Shown piece after piece: positions 52,450-62,377 of a stretch of DNA of 64,000 nt (the first letter of the stretch is position 1; every line of letters starts with the position of its first letter). The DNA is from Bacilli bacterium (lineage in GTDB: Bacteria > Bacillota_I > Bacilli_A > RFN20 > CAG-826). The notes beneath the pieces are model-generated. The model saw nothing but the letters and a program-made list of their open reading frames with translations. It ran no database searches and was not told the DNA's origin. The stretch lies in the NCBI GenBank assembly GCA_045631885.1, contig JAZQVN010000035.1, positions 262 through 64,261 of the forward strand, in the 5' to 3' direction. Position numbers and translations under genes: made by a program.

Positions 52450-53355
52450 ATGAAGGTGTTCAAAAAGCAGGAAACATTAGTCCAAAACATGGCCTATATG
52501 GGGCTGATGGCAGCGGTCAATGTGATATTCGTTGTCCTAACCTATTTCGTTCCGTTTTTGTTGTTTGTCCTCGTTTTTGTTTTACCACTTTGTAGTGCAA
52601 TTATTTCCTATTACTGCAAAAAGAGATACTTCCCCATTTATCTCATTGTTGTTTCAGTAATTTGTTTATTGATTGATCTCCCTGACACAATCTTCTATGT
52701 AATCCCATCGTTAATCACTGGATTCTTATTTGGCTTATTCATCCAATTAAAGTTTCCATCCGTTTATATCATTTCAATTACAACAATTGTGCAATTTGGG
52801 ATCTCTTTAGCGTCACTACCATTAATCAAACTTATTTCCGGAAGAGACATTGTCATTGATATGGCGACGATGTTCCAATTACAAAATTATGAGTATCTAG
52901 ATTATGTTAAATATTTCTTCATTTACTTCATATCCTTAGTCCAGATTATTTTGACATTCTTAGTCTTGCAATCAGAGCTAGGAAAGTTTGGCATTTCTTT
53001 CCCAGATGGAAAAAACCGCTTATATCTTTTAGATATACTAAGTATTATTTGCTGTTTGTTAGTGGTCTTATTTGCGTTTTTGGTTCCAGAGATTTCTTAT
53101 CTATTTTTAATCACCAGTTTAATCTTTGTCGTGGGTAGAATTATTTATCTTAATTTTTCCCATTACAAATTATATTTGATTGAGTTAGGGGCTTTCATTT
53201 TAATCACAATTTTCTTTGTGGCGTTAGTTTATTCAAATATCAACAAACCACTCGGATTAACTAGCCTTGCAATTCTCCCATTTTTAATTTCTTGTGCGTG
53301 TTTGATTAATAATTGTTTGTTAAGCAAGCGTAACAAAGATACAATTAATAATTGA
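52450..53355 (+). CDS. Hypothetical polytopic membrane protein
   Basis: 301 aa with about 8 hydrophobic helices. No motif recognised. Confidence 0.5.
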   Translation: MKVFKKQETLVQNMAYMGLMAAVNVIFVVLTYFVPFLLFVLVFVLPLCSAIISYYCKKRYFPIYLIVVSVICLLIDLPDTIFYVIPSLITGFLFGLFIQLKFPSVYIISITTIVQFGISLASLPLIKLISGRDIVIDMATMFQLQNYEYLDYVKYFFIYFISLVQIILTFLVLQSELGKFGISFPDGKNRLYLLDILSIICCLLVVLFAFLVPEISYLFLITSLIFVVGRIIYLNFSHYKLYLIELGAFILITIFFVALVYSNINKPLGLTSLAILPFLISCACLINNCLLSKRNKDTINN

Positions 53356-53356
53356 T

Positions 53357-53974
53357 ATGATGAACTTACTGAAAAACGTTGGAAAAGGTGTCTTATACAT
53401 AATCGGCTTGCCGTTCTTTTTAATCGTGTTAGCGGGCACCGCTGTCGCTGGAATAGTGATAATCGTTTTCATGTTCATTAAATCAATCCTTCTTTTCTTC
53501 ACTGGAAGATCATTGAATGATGATTTACCAGAAGATAGAAAGGCAAGAGAAATCAAAGAAGGCAGAACACAAGGTGCTGTTTATACTAGCCAACCTTATG
53601 TCAATCAACCAGCTCCTCAAGTTAACACAAATCCTCAACCTGTTATTCAACCACAACAACCGGTTCAACAACAACCTGTTGAAGCGGTCACAATTGAAGA
53701 AGCTGTTTTTGGACCAAGTACACCTGTTCAAGAAGAGCCAGAAGAAGAACCTGTTATTGTGGAAGAACCAGTAGAACAAGAGCCAGTTAAACCAGTTATT
53801 GAAGAAACAATAATTGAATCTGCCCCAATTCAAAATAATCCTCGACCAGTAGAAAAAGAAATCACTATTGGTGAATATAGACCAAAGACCGGAGGAAGTA
53901 GAGTTATCGAAGACTTTGAAGATGACGAGGAAACAGATGGAGTAACCATCACATTTGGAGATGACGATGAATAG
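53357..53974 (+). CDS. Hypothetical single-TM protein with a Pro/Gln/Glu-rich low-complexity linker and an acidic C-terminus
   Basis: 205 aa. N-terminal TM, then QPQQPVQQQPVEAV...EEPEEEPVIVEEPVEQEPVKPV, and a C-terminal EDFEDDEETDG...GDDDE. Confidence 0.5.
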   Translation: MMNLLKNVGKGVLYIIGLPFFLIVLAGTAVAGIVIIVFMFIKSILLFFTGRSLNDDLPEDRKAREIKEGRTQGAVYTSQPYVNQPAPQVNTNPQPVIQPQQPVQQQPVEAVTIEEAVFGPSTPVQEEPEEEPVIVEEPVEQEPVKPVIEETIIESAPIQNNPRPVEKEITIGEYRPKTGGSRVIEDFEDDEETDGVTITFGDDDE

Positions 53975-54653
53975 TTTAATTTTATTAAAATTAACTGAAA
54001 ATGATAAAAGAATAATCTTCATCCTTTTAGCGGTGGTCATTTTACTCTTGGTCTTAATCGCTTATATAGGCTATTTAGTGACTATTGTCATGAAATGGCA
54101 AGGTAAGAAGATTAATAATCATGTCACTGATGTTGTCGTAACTGGCGTTATTAAAAACGAAGATGAATTTAAGAGATACGCGAAGAAGAAGAACCTTTGG
54201 TTATTCTATCATCAAGCAAGATTGCCCGCTGTCTTATTAGCGCTTTCAATCATCTTCTATATCGTTATGTCATCTATTTTTGGATACAGAAATCCATTTG
54301 ATATTGAAACAGGCTTTGGAACCTTATTGTTCGTTTGGGATTTCTCCACTATTATCACCGTTCCAGAAGGTGGCGTGGGCTTATTACTTAAATGGCCTGA
54401 ATTAATCAACACACCGCATTTCACCGCGGATGCTTGGATAAGCTATGTCTTTATTCCTGCGGTCACAATAAGCGGTATTTGGTATTTAGTAACTGTTCAA
54501 GCCTTTATCGCTAGATATCTCCAAATCAAGAGATTAGGGCAAAAGATATTCAATGAACAAATTGAACACTTCGTCGCTGGTCAAGGTTATGTCCCTCCTC
54601 AACAAGCCGCTAATCCACTTCAAGAAGAAAATAAAAATGGTCCAGTTCAATAA
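53955..54653 (+). CDS. Hypothetical membrane protein
   Basis: 232 aa with 4-5 TM helices. Start overlaps the previous gene by 20 nt. Confidence 0.5.
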   Translation: MEMTMNSLILLKLTENDKRIIFILLAVVILLLVLIAYIGYLVTIVMKWQGKKINNHVTDVVVTGVIKNEDEFKRYAKKKNLWLFYHQARLPAVLLALSIIFYIVMSSIFGYRNPFDIETGFGTLLFVWDFSTIITVPEGGVGLLLKWPELINTPHFTADAWISYVFIPAVTISGIWYLVTVQAFIARYLQIKRLGQKIFNEQIEHFVAGQGYVPPQQAANPLQEENKNGPVQ

Positions 54654-54670
54654 CGGACCATTTCTTTTTA
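54638..54670. terminator. Terminator hairpin overlapping the stop codon of the 232-aa gene
   Basis: tggtcc-agttcaataac-ggacca followed by tttctttttattt. Confidence 0.45.
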
Positions 54671-54811
54671 TTTAACTAATAACGCGATTTGAATAATTAG
54701 ATAGATAGCTAAGGCAACATCAAGAGCCACTAAGATCCAGAATAATCTGTTCTTTAAAGTTACTCTTCTTTCGATTTGTTCTTCGGTTAAAACTTTTTCT
54801 TCTTTAGCCAT
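54668..54811 (-). CDS. Possible 47-aa small membrane protein directly downstream of asnS (not in the ORF track)
   Basis: MAKEEKVLTEEQIERRVTLKNRLFWILVALDVALAIYLIIQIALLVK. Its ATG is 2 nt after the asnS stop. No convincing RBS apart from this coupling. Confidence 0.25.
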   Translation of the reverse strand: MAKEEKVLTEEQIERRVTLKNRLFWILVALDVALAIYLIIQIALLVK

Positions 54812-54813
54812 AA

Positions 54814-56199
54814 TTAATATTTTATGCTACCAGATGTTCTTGGATAAGGTTGAACATCTCTAATGTTTTGCATGCCTGTCACATACATTAATAATCTATC
54901 AAATCCAATTCCGAATCCGGAGTGTTTGCAACCACCATAACGTCTTGTATCGAGGTACCAATCTAATTCTTTATCGATACCCATTGAGACCATTTTCTCT
55001 TTTAATAATTCATATCTTTCTTCTCTTTGGGAGCCACCGACTAATTCACCGACTGATGGGACTAATAAGTCACAAGCGGCGACTGTCTTACCATCATCGT
55101 TTTGTCTCATATAGAAGGCTTTAATATCTTTTGGATAGTTGATAAGGAATAATGGTCCTTTAACGATTTCTTCGGTTAAATAACGTTCGTGTTCAGATTG
55201 TAAATCCATACCCCAAACAATGTCATTATTCTCAAATTTGTGGCCGTTTTGCACTGCTTTTTGCAAAAGTTCGATACCTTTTGAGTAATCCATTCTTTCA
55301 AATTTGGAGTTCACAACATGGTGTAATCTTTCTAATAAAGTTTTATCAATCATGCTGTTGAAAAATTCCATTTCCGCTGGGCAAGATCTCTCGACATATT
55401 CGATGCAGAATTTGATGCAATCTTCAATGACATCCATGTTGTCGTTCAAATCACAGAACGCCATTTCTGGTTCAATCATCCAGAATTCACTCGCGTGTCT
55501 AACGGTGTTTGAATGCTCCGCTCTAAAGGCAGGACCAAATGTATAAACATCTTTAAATGCTAATGCAAATGGTTCGACATGTAATTGACCAGTCACTGTT
55601 AAATTGACTTTATGACCATAGAATGAGAACGGATCTTTTGTGTCGTGAGTTGTGACATCAAAAACGTTTCCTGCTCCTTCACCATCGTTCGTGGTAATTA
55701 ATGGAGTATGAACATAAATGAATCCTCTTTGTTGGAAGAATTCATGAATTGCGAAAGATAAAACGTTTCTTACACGATAGACAGCTTGGAATGTATTTGC
55801 TCTTGGTCTAATGTGAGCGATATCTCTTAAAAATTCGAATGTGTGTCTTTTCTTTTGAAGTGGATAATCATCATCGACATCACCTTCTAAGACACATTCA
55901 TCAGCTTGAATTTCAAATGGTTGTTTATTTTCAGGAGTGAAAACTAATTTACCAGTTACTGTAATTGCAGAACCGGTTTTTAATTTGGATAACACTTCGT
56001 AATCTTTACTATCCTTGTTATAAACAAGTTGAACATTCTTAAAGTAGGTTCCATCATTGAATTCAACGAAACCAATAGAGCCATTATCACGGTTGGTTTT
56101 CACCCATCCTTGAAGTGTGACTTCTTTAAGTTGCAATAGTTCTTCTTCATCGCCCCCTGTGACGATATCGTAAAGTTGGAAATTTGTATATTTTGCCAT
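54814..56199 (-). CDS. asnS: Asparaginyl-tRNA synthetase
   Basis: 461 aa class II synthetase. FRAEHSNTVRHASEFWMIEPEMAF is motif 2, and GGSQREERYELL matches the AsnRS-specific C-terminal motif (E. coli GGSQREERLDVL). Confidence 0.85.
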   Translation of the reverse strand: MAKYTNFQLYDIVTGGDEEELLQLKEVTLQGWVKTNRDNGSIGFVEFNDGTYFKNVQLVYNKDSKDYEVLSKLKTGSAITVTGKLVFTPENKQPFEIQADECVLEGDVDDDYPLQKKRHTFEFLRDIAHIRPRANTFQAVYRVRNVLSFAIHEFFQQRGFIYVHTPLITTNDGEGAGNVFDVTTHDTKDPFSFYGHKVNLTVTGQLHVEPFALAFKDVYTFGPAFRAEHSNTVRHASEFWMIEPEMAFCDLNDNMDVIEDCIKFCIEYVERSCPAEMEFFNSMIDKTLLERLHHVVNSKFERMDYSKGIELLQKAVQNGHKFENNDIVWGMDLQSEHERYLTEEIVKGPLFLINYPKDIKAFYMRQNDDGKTVAACDLLVPSVGELVGGSQREERYELLKEKMVSMGIDKELDWYLDTRRYGGCKHSGFGIGFDRLLMYVTGMQNIRDVQPYPRTSGSIKY

Positions 56200-56254
56200 C
56201 TCTTTTTCCTCCTAGTGTTTTAATTATAGCCACTCAAAATGATAAAATCATTTA

Positions 56255-57274
56255 CTAATTATCAAATTTATCATAATCCTCGATTTTCCAGTTTGGATCA
56301 ACTCCTAAATCGAGTCCTGCGAACATTTTTCTTTCATATAAATGCTCTGCGACTTTCGCAATCATCGCAGCGTTATCGGTGCAACACCACATCGGTGGAA
56401 TGATGATTTTGACACCTAACTTTGTTATTTCTCTTTGCATTTCACTTCTCAAATATGAGTTCGCGGAAACTCCACCAGCGAGAATAACTTCTTTAACATT
56501 AAATTCTTTAACGGCTTTAATCGTTCTATCCATTACTAATCCCACTGCGACATCTTGGAAAGAACGACACATATCTGGAACATTAACTTCTTCACCATTC
56601 TGTTCTAATTTATGAACTAAGTTGATGACGTTGGTCTTTAGACCAGAATATGATAAGTCATATGTGTGTTCGCCTTTTAAAGGTGTTGGTAAGTTGTATG
56701 TATGATTACCTTCTTTAGCTAGTTTATCAATTGGGATACCGCCTGGATAAGGTAAGCCTAAGACTCTGGCTACTTTATCGTAGCATTCACCAATCGCATC
56801 ATCTCTAGTTTCACCAATTATTTCAAATTCAAGATGATCTTTCATTAATACTAATTCAGTATTACCACCTGACACCACGACTGCGAGAAGTGGAAATTCT
56901 AATTCAGTAATAAATTCATTCGCGTAAATATGACCCGCTAAATGGTGGACTGGAATTAATGGTTTTTTATAAAGCATCGCTAATGTCTTAGCGGCTTGTA
57001 AACCAACATGAAGCGCGCCAATTAAGCCAGGACCACGAGTTACTGCAAAAGCATCAATGTCTTCAAGTTTGACATTCGCTTGTTCCAAGCACTCTTGTAA
57101 AACCACCGATATATTTTCCGCGTGTAAACGGCTAGCGATTTCTGGCATAACTCCACCGTATTTACGGTGAACATCTATTTGAGTCGAAACGATATTGGAA
57201 AGGAGTTTACCATTTTCAATAATCGCCGCAGCAGTTTCATCACAGCTTGATTCAATTGCTAATATCTTTGCCAT
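56255..57274 (-). CDS. tsaD: tRNA N6-adenosine threonylcarbamoyltransferase
   Basis: 339 aa. MAKILAIESSCDETAAAI and the conserved His pair HHLAGHIY. Confidence 0.95.
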   Translation of the reverse strand: MAKILAIESSCDETAAAIIENGKLLSNIVSTQIDVHRKYGGVMPEIASRLHAENISVVLQECLEQANVKLEDIDAFAVTRGPGLIGALHVGLQAAKTLAMLYKKPLIPVHHLAGHIYANEFITELEFPLLAVVVSGGNTELVLMKDHLEFEIIGETRDDAIGECYDKVARVLGLPYPGGIPIDKLAKEGNHTYNLPTPLKGEHTYDLSYSGLKTNVINLVHKLEQNGEEVNVPDMCRSFQDVAVGLVMDRTIKAVKEFNVKEVILAGGVSANSYLRSEMQREITKLGVKIIIPPMWCCTDNAAMIAKVAEHLYERKMFAGLDLGVDPNWKIEDYDKFDN

Positions 57275-57729
57275 TATTCTTCCCCCATTTCCTTTACCAT
57301 ATAAACAGCATTATCACCATTGGTGTAATATCTTTCTTTTAACAAAACGCTTTTGAAACCAAACTTTTCATAAAGCTTACGAGCATTAACGTTATGCTCT
57401 CTCACTTCTAAAGTAATATTTCTCACTTTATTAGCCTTGCAATCTTTAATCATCTCTTCCATTAAGATTGAGGCAAGACCGCGTTTTCTAAATAATGGAT
57501 TAACGCATATTTGACACACTGTTGAAGAATCAAATGTAATCCAATAATCAACAAATCCCACAACACCAGTGTTATCGCTTTCAATAACCCACAAATTGCT
57601 AACAGGATTCTCGTTTAATTCATATTTAATTTGATTCAATCCCCATGGCGCAACAAAACAAGCGTTCTCAAGATACATGACAACATCTAAGTCTCTTTGT
57701 TCCATTGGTCTGATTGAGAAAAAATCCAT
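57274..57729 (-). CDS. rimI: Ribosomal-protein-alanine N-acetyltransferase (GNAT)
   Basis: 151 aa. GNAT motif RKRGLASILM, lying between tsaB and tsaD. Confidence 0.85.
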   Translation of the reverse strand: MDFFSIRPMEQRDLDVVMYLENACFVAPWGLNQIKYELNENPVSNLWVIESDNTGVVGFVDYWITFDSSTVCQICVNPLFRKRGLASILMEEMIKDCKANKVRNITLEVREHNVNARKLYEKFGFKSVLLKERYYTNGDNAVYMVKEMGEE

Positions 57730-57730
57730 A

Positions 57731-58318
57731 TTAGTCCTTTAAATAAACTGGCCTTAAAGCACGAGCGTCTTCGCAAGGCTTTAACTCTTTTAATAGGGAA
57801 AACATCCCTTCTGCGACATTCCCTTGATACCCATCAATTCCTAAATATGCGGTTGATCCGCAGATAAAATAATCTGGATGAGAATTAATGTATTCTTTCA
57901 CTTCATCATTGCTCATAATTTGGTCGGGGAGTAAACATTTATCGTGTTCATAAACTCCGATATAAGAACGGTTACTTCTCGCATTTATCAAGCAAATCGA
58001 AGGTTTTTTATCGTTTTTTAAAATTTGTAATGAGCTAACAGGATATACAGGAACGTTCAAACTAACCGCGATAACTTTAGTAATTGTTAATGCAATTCTC
58101 ACGCCTGTATAGGAGCCTGGTCCGATTGAACAAACCACTCCATCAATGTCTTCTCTATTAACTGAATATTTGCCTAAAAGAGCATTGATCTCTGGTATCA
58201 TATGCTCGGATTGACTTTGCCAAGCTTCATAAGAAACGAAATCAATAATCGCTTCCTTATTAGCCAAACACACAGTCAAAGAAGTATTTGAAGAATCTAA
58301 AAGTAGATAATATTTCAT
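57731..58318 (-). CDS. tsaB: tRNA threonylcarbamoyladenosine biosynthesis protein TsaB
   Basis: 195 aa inactive Kae1/YeaZ-like protein (LLLDSSNTSLTV). Confidence 0.85.
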   Translation of the reverse strand: MKYYLLLDSSNTSLTVCLANKEAIIDFVSYEAWQSQSEHMIPEINALLGKYSVNREDIDGVVCSIGPGSYTGVRIALTITKVIAVSLNVPVYPVSSLQILKNDKKPSICLINARSNRSYIGVYEHDKCLLPDQIMSNDEVKEYINSHPDYFICGSTAYLGIDGYQGNVAEGMFSLLKELKPCEDARALRPVYLKD

Positions 58319-58764
58319 AAATTAACGCTCTTTAAAAAATCGATGTTTTCCCAATTAAACACGAAGGTTCTCTTTTCATCACCATCGTTGGTGATTTTAA
58401 CCTCAATAAAATTATCTGGAATTAAGTCCTTAATATAGATTGGCCACTCAATAACGGTTATTCCAGATTCATAACCAATATATTCATCTAGGCCAATATC
58501 ATTATTGATATCCGCTAAGCGATAAGCATCAATATGGATTAATGGTCTATCGCCTTTTGGATATATTTTCATGATGTTAAATGTTGGAGATTGAACGACA
58601 TCTTTGATATGTAATCCTCTAGCGATTCCTCTCACTAAAGTGGTTTTGCCAGCGCCTAAATCTCCGGTTAATAAAAGTGTCGAGCCACTAGGAAGAAAAC
58701 GAGCTAACAGCTCGCCTAATTCTAAAGTTTGTTTTTCTAATTCAACTTTAATAACAACTTCCAT
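58315..58764 (-). CDS. tsaE: tRNA threonylcarbamoyladenosine biosynthesis ATPase TsaE
   Basis: 149 aa. P-loop GDLGAGKTT. Confidence 0.85.
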   Translation of the reverse strand: MEVVIKVELEKQTLELGELLARFLPSGSTLLLTGDLGAGKTTLVRGIARGLHIKDVVQSPTFNIMKIYPKGDRPLIHIDAYRLADINNDIGLDEYIGYESGITVIEWPIYIKDLIPDNFIEVKITNDGDEKRTFVFNWENIDFLKSVNL

Positions 58765-58766
58765 AA

Positions 58767-59297
58767 TTAGCCACGTTTAATCATTTGAAGGAATTGATCA
58801 AAATAACTCTTGATTAAATCACTCTCAAATGGGAACTCACCTTTTTTCATTCTCTCCACAATGACTTTGGTTTGATATTTTAAAACTGTATCGAGATCAT
58901 CATTATATTTATATAATGCACGGTGATGTTGATATTCTTTTTCATCTAAAACTCTGATTTCTCCATCGGGGAACAATTTAGCATCCAAATCATAATCGAT
59001 GTACTTAATGTTTTCTTTATTCACCAAGGCTGGAGAAGCGATGTTGCAATAAAAACAAATGCCATCTTTTTTAAACATGCAGATAGCGTTCCACCATTCT
59101 TTTTTAGAGAAGATAGTAACTGCAGGTTCTTTGGTAAACCAGCAGCGACCATTATATTCCACTACTTTTGCTTTCTTTGAAGCAATGACGATGTAATCGT
59201 CGTTATTTTCCAAGACTAAGCCACGGTCCCAGTAGCGGTGCAAAGAACCATTATGTTTAAAACACTGAATGCCTAGCCAACGTCCTACTAATTCCAT
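58767..59297 (-). CDS. DUF402-family protein (nucleoside tri/diphosphatase Ntdp-like)
   Basis: 176 aa. Overall similarity pattern to the YgaC/FomD-like DUF402 family. Tentative. Confidence 0.45.
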   Translation of the reverse strand: MELVGRWLGIQCFKHNGSLHRYWDRGLVLENNDDYIVIASKKAKVVEYNGRCWFTKEPAVTIFSKKEWWNAICMFKKDGICFYCNIASPALVNKENIKYIDYDLDAKLFPDGEIRVLDEKEYQHHRALYKYNDDLDTVLKYQTKVIVERMKKGEFPFESDLIKSYFDQFLQMIKRG

Positions 59298-59299
59298 AA

Positions 59300-60340
59300 C
59301 TACTCTTTGTTAACCAACACTTTTAAAGCTTCAAACATTTGGTATAAATCTCTTCTATAAGATTCCACTGTTTCTTCTTGGAACGGTTCATAGAAAGGAA
59401 GTGTAATCGTTGGATCGTCATAACTCGCATAAATGATGGTTTTACCGCTCCAAACCACGACCGTTAAGTTGAGTAAGTGATTGGAAACGGAAATATTCTT
59501 TAATTCAGAGATGAATTTCTTATCTAATTCTTTTAAAGAATTATTGTTTAATCCATAAGCGAAGTAATTACCTTCGTTAGCAAGTTGTTGTAAATCAGAT
59601 AAACCATTTGGAATATCTTCATCTTTTTCACCTTTAAAGACTAAAACGATTCTGCCTTCAAAATGGAGGTCGTTTGGGAAGGTGATATATTTACCGATAA
59701 ATGCTGGAGATTGTTTTCTTCCTTGTGGAGGATAAAATAATGCGCATTCACAAACTTTGAATGAATGCTTTTCGTATTTTCCTTCCACTAAATTTCTAGA
59801 AGCAATTCTCGCAAGATTTTCATAAATGCCATCCATTGAAACATCAGATAATTCTAATTTATCTTTTGGATCAAAAGTCACATCGCTAAAGCGATTATCA
59901 GCAAAAACATATTCATTGATTGCCACTGATGCTTTACGAATATAACCATTAACATCTGGTCTCATTACTCTGTGATTGATAATTGAGAAAACAATTAATA
60001 CTGCAAGTGCAACACCCATGAGCACATAGGAAACAATCGCGTTAACTTGTAATAAGAAAATGCCTGTGATAGAAAGCGCCATCACTGCAACGATAGAAAG
60101 TGTTGATAAAAGATTGCCCTTTTTGCTTTGAGCAATTATCTTTGCTCTTTCTTCTTCGACAAGTTGACCATATGGTTTTTCTTCTGGGTTTGGCTTATTG
60201 ATTTTAATTCTTGTGTCGAATTCATCGACTTCTTCTTGAACTGGTTCTTCAGCTGGAGCTTCCTCTACCGGAGCGGCTTCTTCAACTGGTTGTTCTTCTT
60301 TGATTGGTTGATCTTCATTGATAATTTCTTTGTCTTCCAT
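59300..60340 (-). CDS. Hypothetical membrane protein with an acidic Pro/Glu-rich N-terminus
   Basis: 346 aa. EEQPVEEAAPVEEAPAEEPVQEE, then two TM helices, then a domain of about 230 aa of unknown function. Confidence 0.5.
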   Translation of the reverse strand: MEDKEIINEDQPIKEEQPVEEAAPVEEAPAEEPVQEEVDEFDTRIKINKPNPEEKPYGQLVEEERAKIIAQSKKGNLLSTLSIVAVMALSITGIFLLQVNAIVSYVLMGVALAVLIVFSIINHRVMRPDVNGYIRKASVAINEYVFADNRFSDVTFDPKDKLELSDVSMDGIYENLARIASRNLVEGKYEKHSFKVCECALFYPPQGRKQSPAFIGKYITFPNDLHFEGRIVLVFKGEKDEDIPNGLSDLQQLANEGNYFAYGLNNNSLKELDKKFISELKNISVSNHLLNLTVVVWSGKTIIYASYDDPTITLPFYEPFQEETVESYRRDLYQMFEALKVLVNKE

Positions 60341-60489
60341 AATATAGTCCTCGCTAATTAATATAACAAATTAATTAGTCTTTGTTTATAACAAGTATTA
60401 TAAACCTATAATGAAAATACTGAATAAAACATTTTATCTCTTTGAGATATTTTTTTCTCAAATTGCATTAAAAAGAAAACAAAACTATC

Positions 60490-60612
60490 ATAATTGTTGG
60501 GAGCCGACATTAATCAGGCTGAGAGGATTCTTCTTGGAATCGACCATACCTGATCTAGGTAATGCTAGCGGAGGGATTGTTTTTAAATCATTCCCTTTTC
60601 TAGTTTGAAAAG
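60490..60612 (+). ncRNA. TPP (thiamine pyrophosphate) riboswitch with a terminator-type expression platform
   Basis: gggagccgac...ggctgagagga...accatacctgatctaggtaatgctagcggagggat matches the THI-element consensus (CTGAGA ... ACCTGATCTGGATAATGCCAGCG.AGGGA). It is followed by gggattg-tttttaaat-cattccc and a T-run. Confidence 0.8.
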
Positions 60613-60637
60613 GGTTTTCTTTTAGAGGTAAATAAAA

Positions 60638-61684
60638 ATGAAAAAAGCAAATCTCAATGTTAGAACAATGTGCGAAATCGGTATCTTTGCTGCGATTGGT
60701 TATGTCTTAGATGAACTTCAAGGCATTATCAGTAAAGGTTTATTTATCAATGGCGGTTCAATTGGTTTTGCAATGGTTGCAGTTTTATTTATCGCTTTCC
60801 GTAGAGGTTGGTTACCCGCGATATTAACAGGATTAATCATCGGTGGATTAGACGTCTCAACTGGTGCCTATATTCTCCATCCCGCGCAATTGTTATTAGA
60901 CTATATTCTCCCATATACATTAGTCGGGTTAGCAGGATTCTTCAAACCACTATTTGACAATAGTCAAACAAAAGGAAAAAAGATGATGTGGTTAGCTGTC
61001 GGTACTTTTATTGGGGGTGTATTAAAACTCGGTTCTCATTTTGCAGCGGGAGTTATCTTCTGGGCAGACCCTGAATATTTTGCATGGGGATTAAATAACA
61101 TGAATGTCTATCTCTATTGCTTCTTATATAACTTTGCATTCATCGGTCCATCCATCGTTCTTTCTGGTGGTTTGCTTATTGGTTTATATGTTAGAGCGCC
61201 AAAGTTATTGCTCGACAACAATATCTATGTTCCTGAGTCATATGATACAAGCCGTAATCACTTACAAGTTATCTCATCTAGTATCTTTTTATCAGGCGGA
61301 TTATTCCTATTTGTCTACTTCCTTATTAAGTATATTAAGAGCTTTTATCAAGAAGGTGGAGAAGGATGGGTCGACTTCAGTTTTGATGCTGATAGTATGT
61401 TAATTATGTTAATTGGCTTCTTCTTTGTTTGCCTCGGTATTTATTCCATCATTTCAATCAGAAGAGAAAAATACTCATATAAAATTGTAAATATAGTTTT
61501 CTGTTTTATCTGTGCTGATTCGTTCTTCTATGGATTGGCGAGATTAATAAGAGATTATTCAAAAGGAAAAGATCCAATGATGCACTGGATATGGGTTGGA
61601 GTTGGATTTATCGGATTAGTGTTTTCTATATTTGCGCTTATTTATTACAAAGTTAAAGTCGAGAAAAAAGGGTCATCTATTTGA
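60638..61684 (+). CDS. ThiT/YuaJ-like thiamine ECF-transporter S component with an additional C-terminal membrane domain
   Basis: 348 aa. The N-terminal 190 aa or so have the 6-helix ThiT-like pattern. The C-terminal 150 aa or so add about 4 further TM helices. Sits directly behind the TPP riboswitch. Confidence 0.55.
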   Translation: MKKANLNVRTMCEIGIFAAIGYVLDELQGIISKGLFINGGSIGFAMVAVLFIAFRRGWLPAILTGLIIGGLDVSTGAYILHPAQLLLDYILPYTLVGLAGFFKPLFDNSQTKGKKMMWLAVGTFIGGVLKLGSHFAAGVIFWADPEYFAWGLNNMNVYLYCFLYNFAFIGPSIVLSGGLLIGLYVRAPKLLLDNNIYVPESYDTSRNHLQVISSSIFLSGGLFLFVYFLIKYIKSFYQEGGEGWVDFSFDADSMLIMLIGFFFVCLGIYSIISIRREKYSYKIVNIVFCFICADSFFYGLARLIRDYSKGKDPMMHWIWVGVGFIGLVFSIFALIYYKVKVEKKGSSI

Positions 61685-62348
61685 CCCATTTTATTTCTTT
61701 TACGCCGTTTTTGCGGAGATAATCGTTAGTTTTTACAAAATGATTGTTGCCAAACCATCCACCTCGATTAGCAGCAAGAGGAGATGGGTGTGCGGATTCT
61801 AATATCAGATGTGAAGGGTTATGGAGATACTTTTTAAATTTCCTCGCTGAATTACCCCAAAGTAAGAAAACCATTGGCTGATATTGATGGTCTAATACAT
61901 CCAAAACATCGTTGAAGAACTCTTCATATTCTTTAATATTGTGGCTCATTGGTTCGTGGGCTCGGACAGAAAGAATAGAGTTCAAGAGCAAAACTCCTTG
62001 GTTTGCTAAGTAGGTCAAATCTCCACTAGACATATCAACCTTTTGTTTATATTCATTTGATATCTCTTTATAGATGTTAATTAATGAAGGCGGAACCATA
62101 ATTCCTTTTGGCACGGAGAAAGATAACCCCATTGCTTGGCCTGGTTCATGATATGGGTCTTGTCCAATGATAACAACCTTTACTTCTGATAAAGGAGTCA
62201 ACTTAAAAGCATTAAACATAAACTGTCTTGGTGGATAACAAACATGACTTTCATATTCTCGATCTAAAAACTTGTGAAGAGAAATAGAATAGTCCTTATC
62301 TTGAATGCTTTTGAAGAATTCGCTCCAGGTGTTTATACTTTTTTGCAT
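61677..62348 (-). CDS. ung: Uracil-DNA glycosylase
   Basis: 223 aa. Water-activating motif GQDPYH and a C-terminal HPSPL. Confidence 0.9.
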   Translation of the reverse strand: MQKSINTWSEFFKSIQDKDYSISLHKFLDREYESHVCYPPRQFMFNAFKLTPLSEVKVVIIGQDPYHEPGQAMGLSFSVPKGIMVPPSLINIYKEISNEYKQKVDMSSGDLTYLANQGVLLLNSILSVRAHEPMSHNIKEYEEFFNDVLDVLDHQYQPMVFLLWGNSARKFKKYLHNPSHLILESAHPSPLAANRGGWFGNNHFVKTNDYLRKNGVKEIKWVK

Positions 62349-62377
62349 GTAAAAATGATAACATTTTTCCTTATTAT

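Noticed and set aside
53580-53800. Tandem-repeat-like PQ/PE-rich DNA
   Set aside because: It lies inside a continuous ORF and is low-complexity coding sequence, not a CRISPR array or a non-coding repeat array. No spacer/repeat periodicity.
60411-60608. 65-aa plus-strand ORF
   Set aside because: It lies within the TPP riboswitch, whose RNA consensus explains the sequence.
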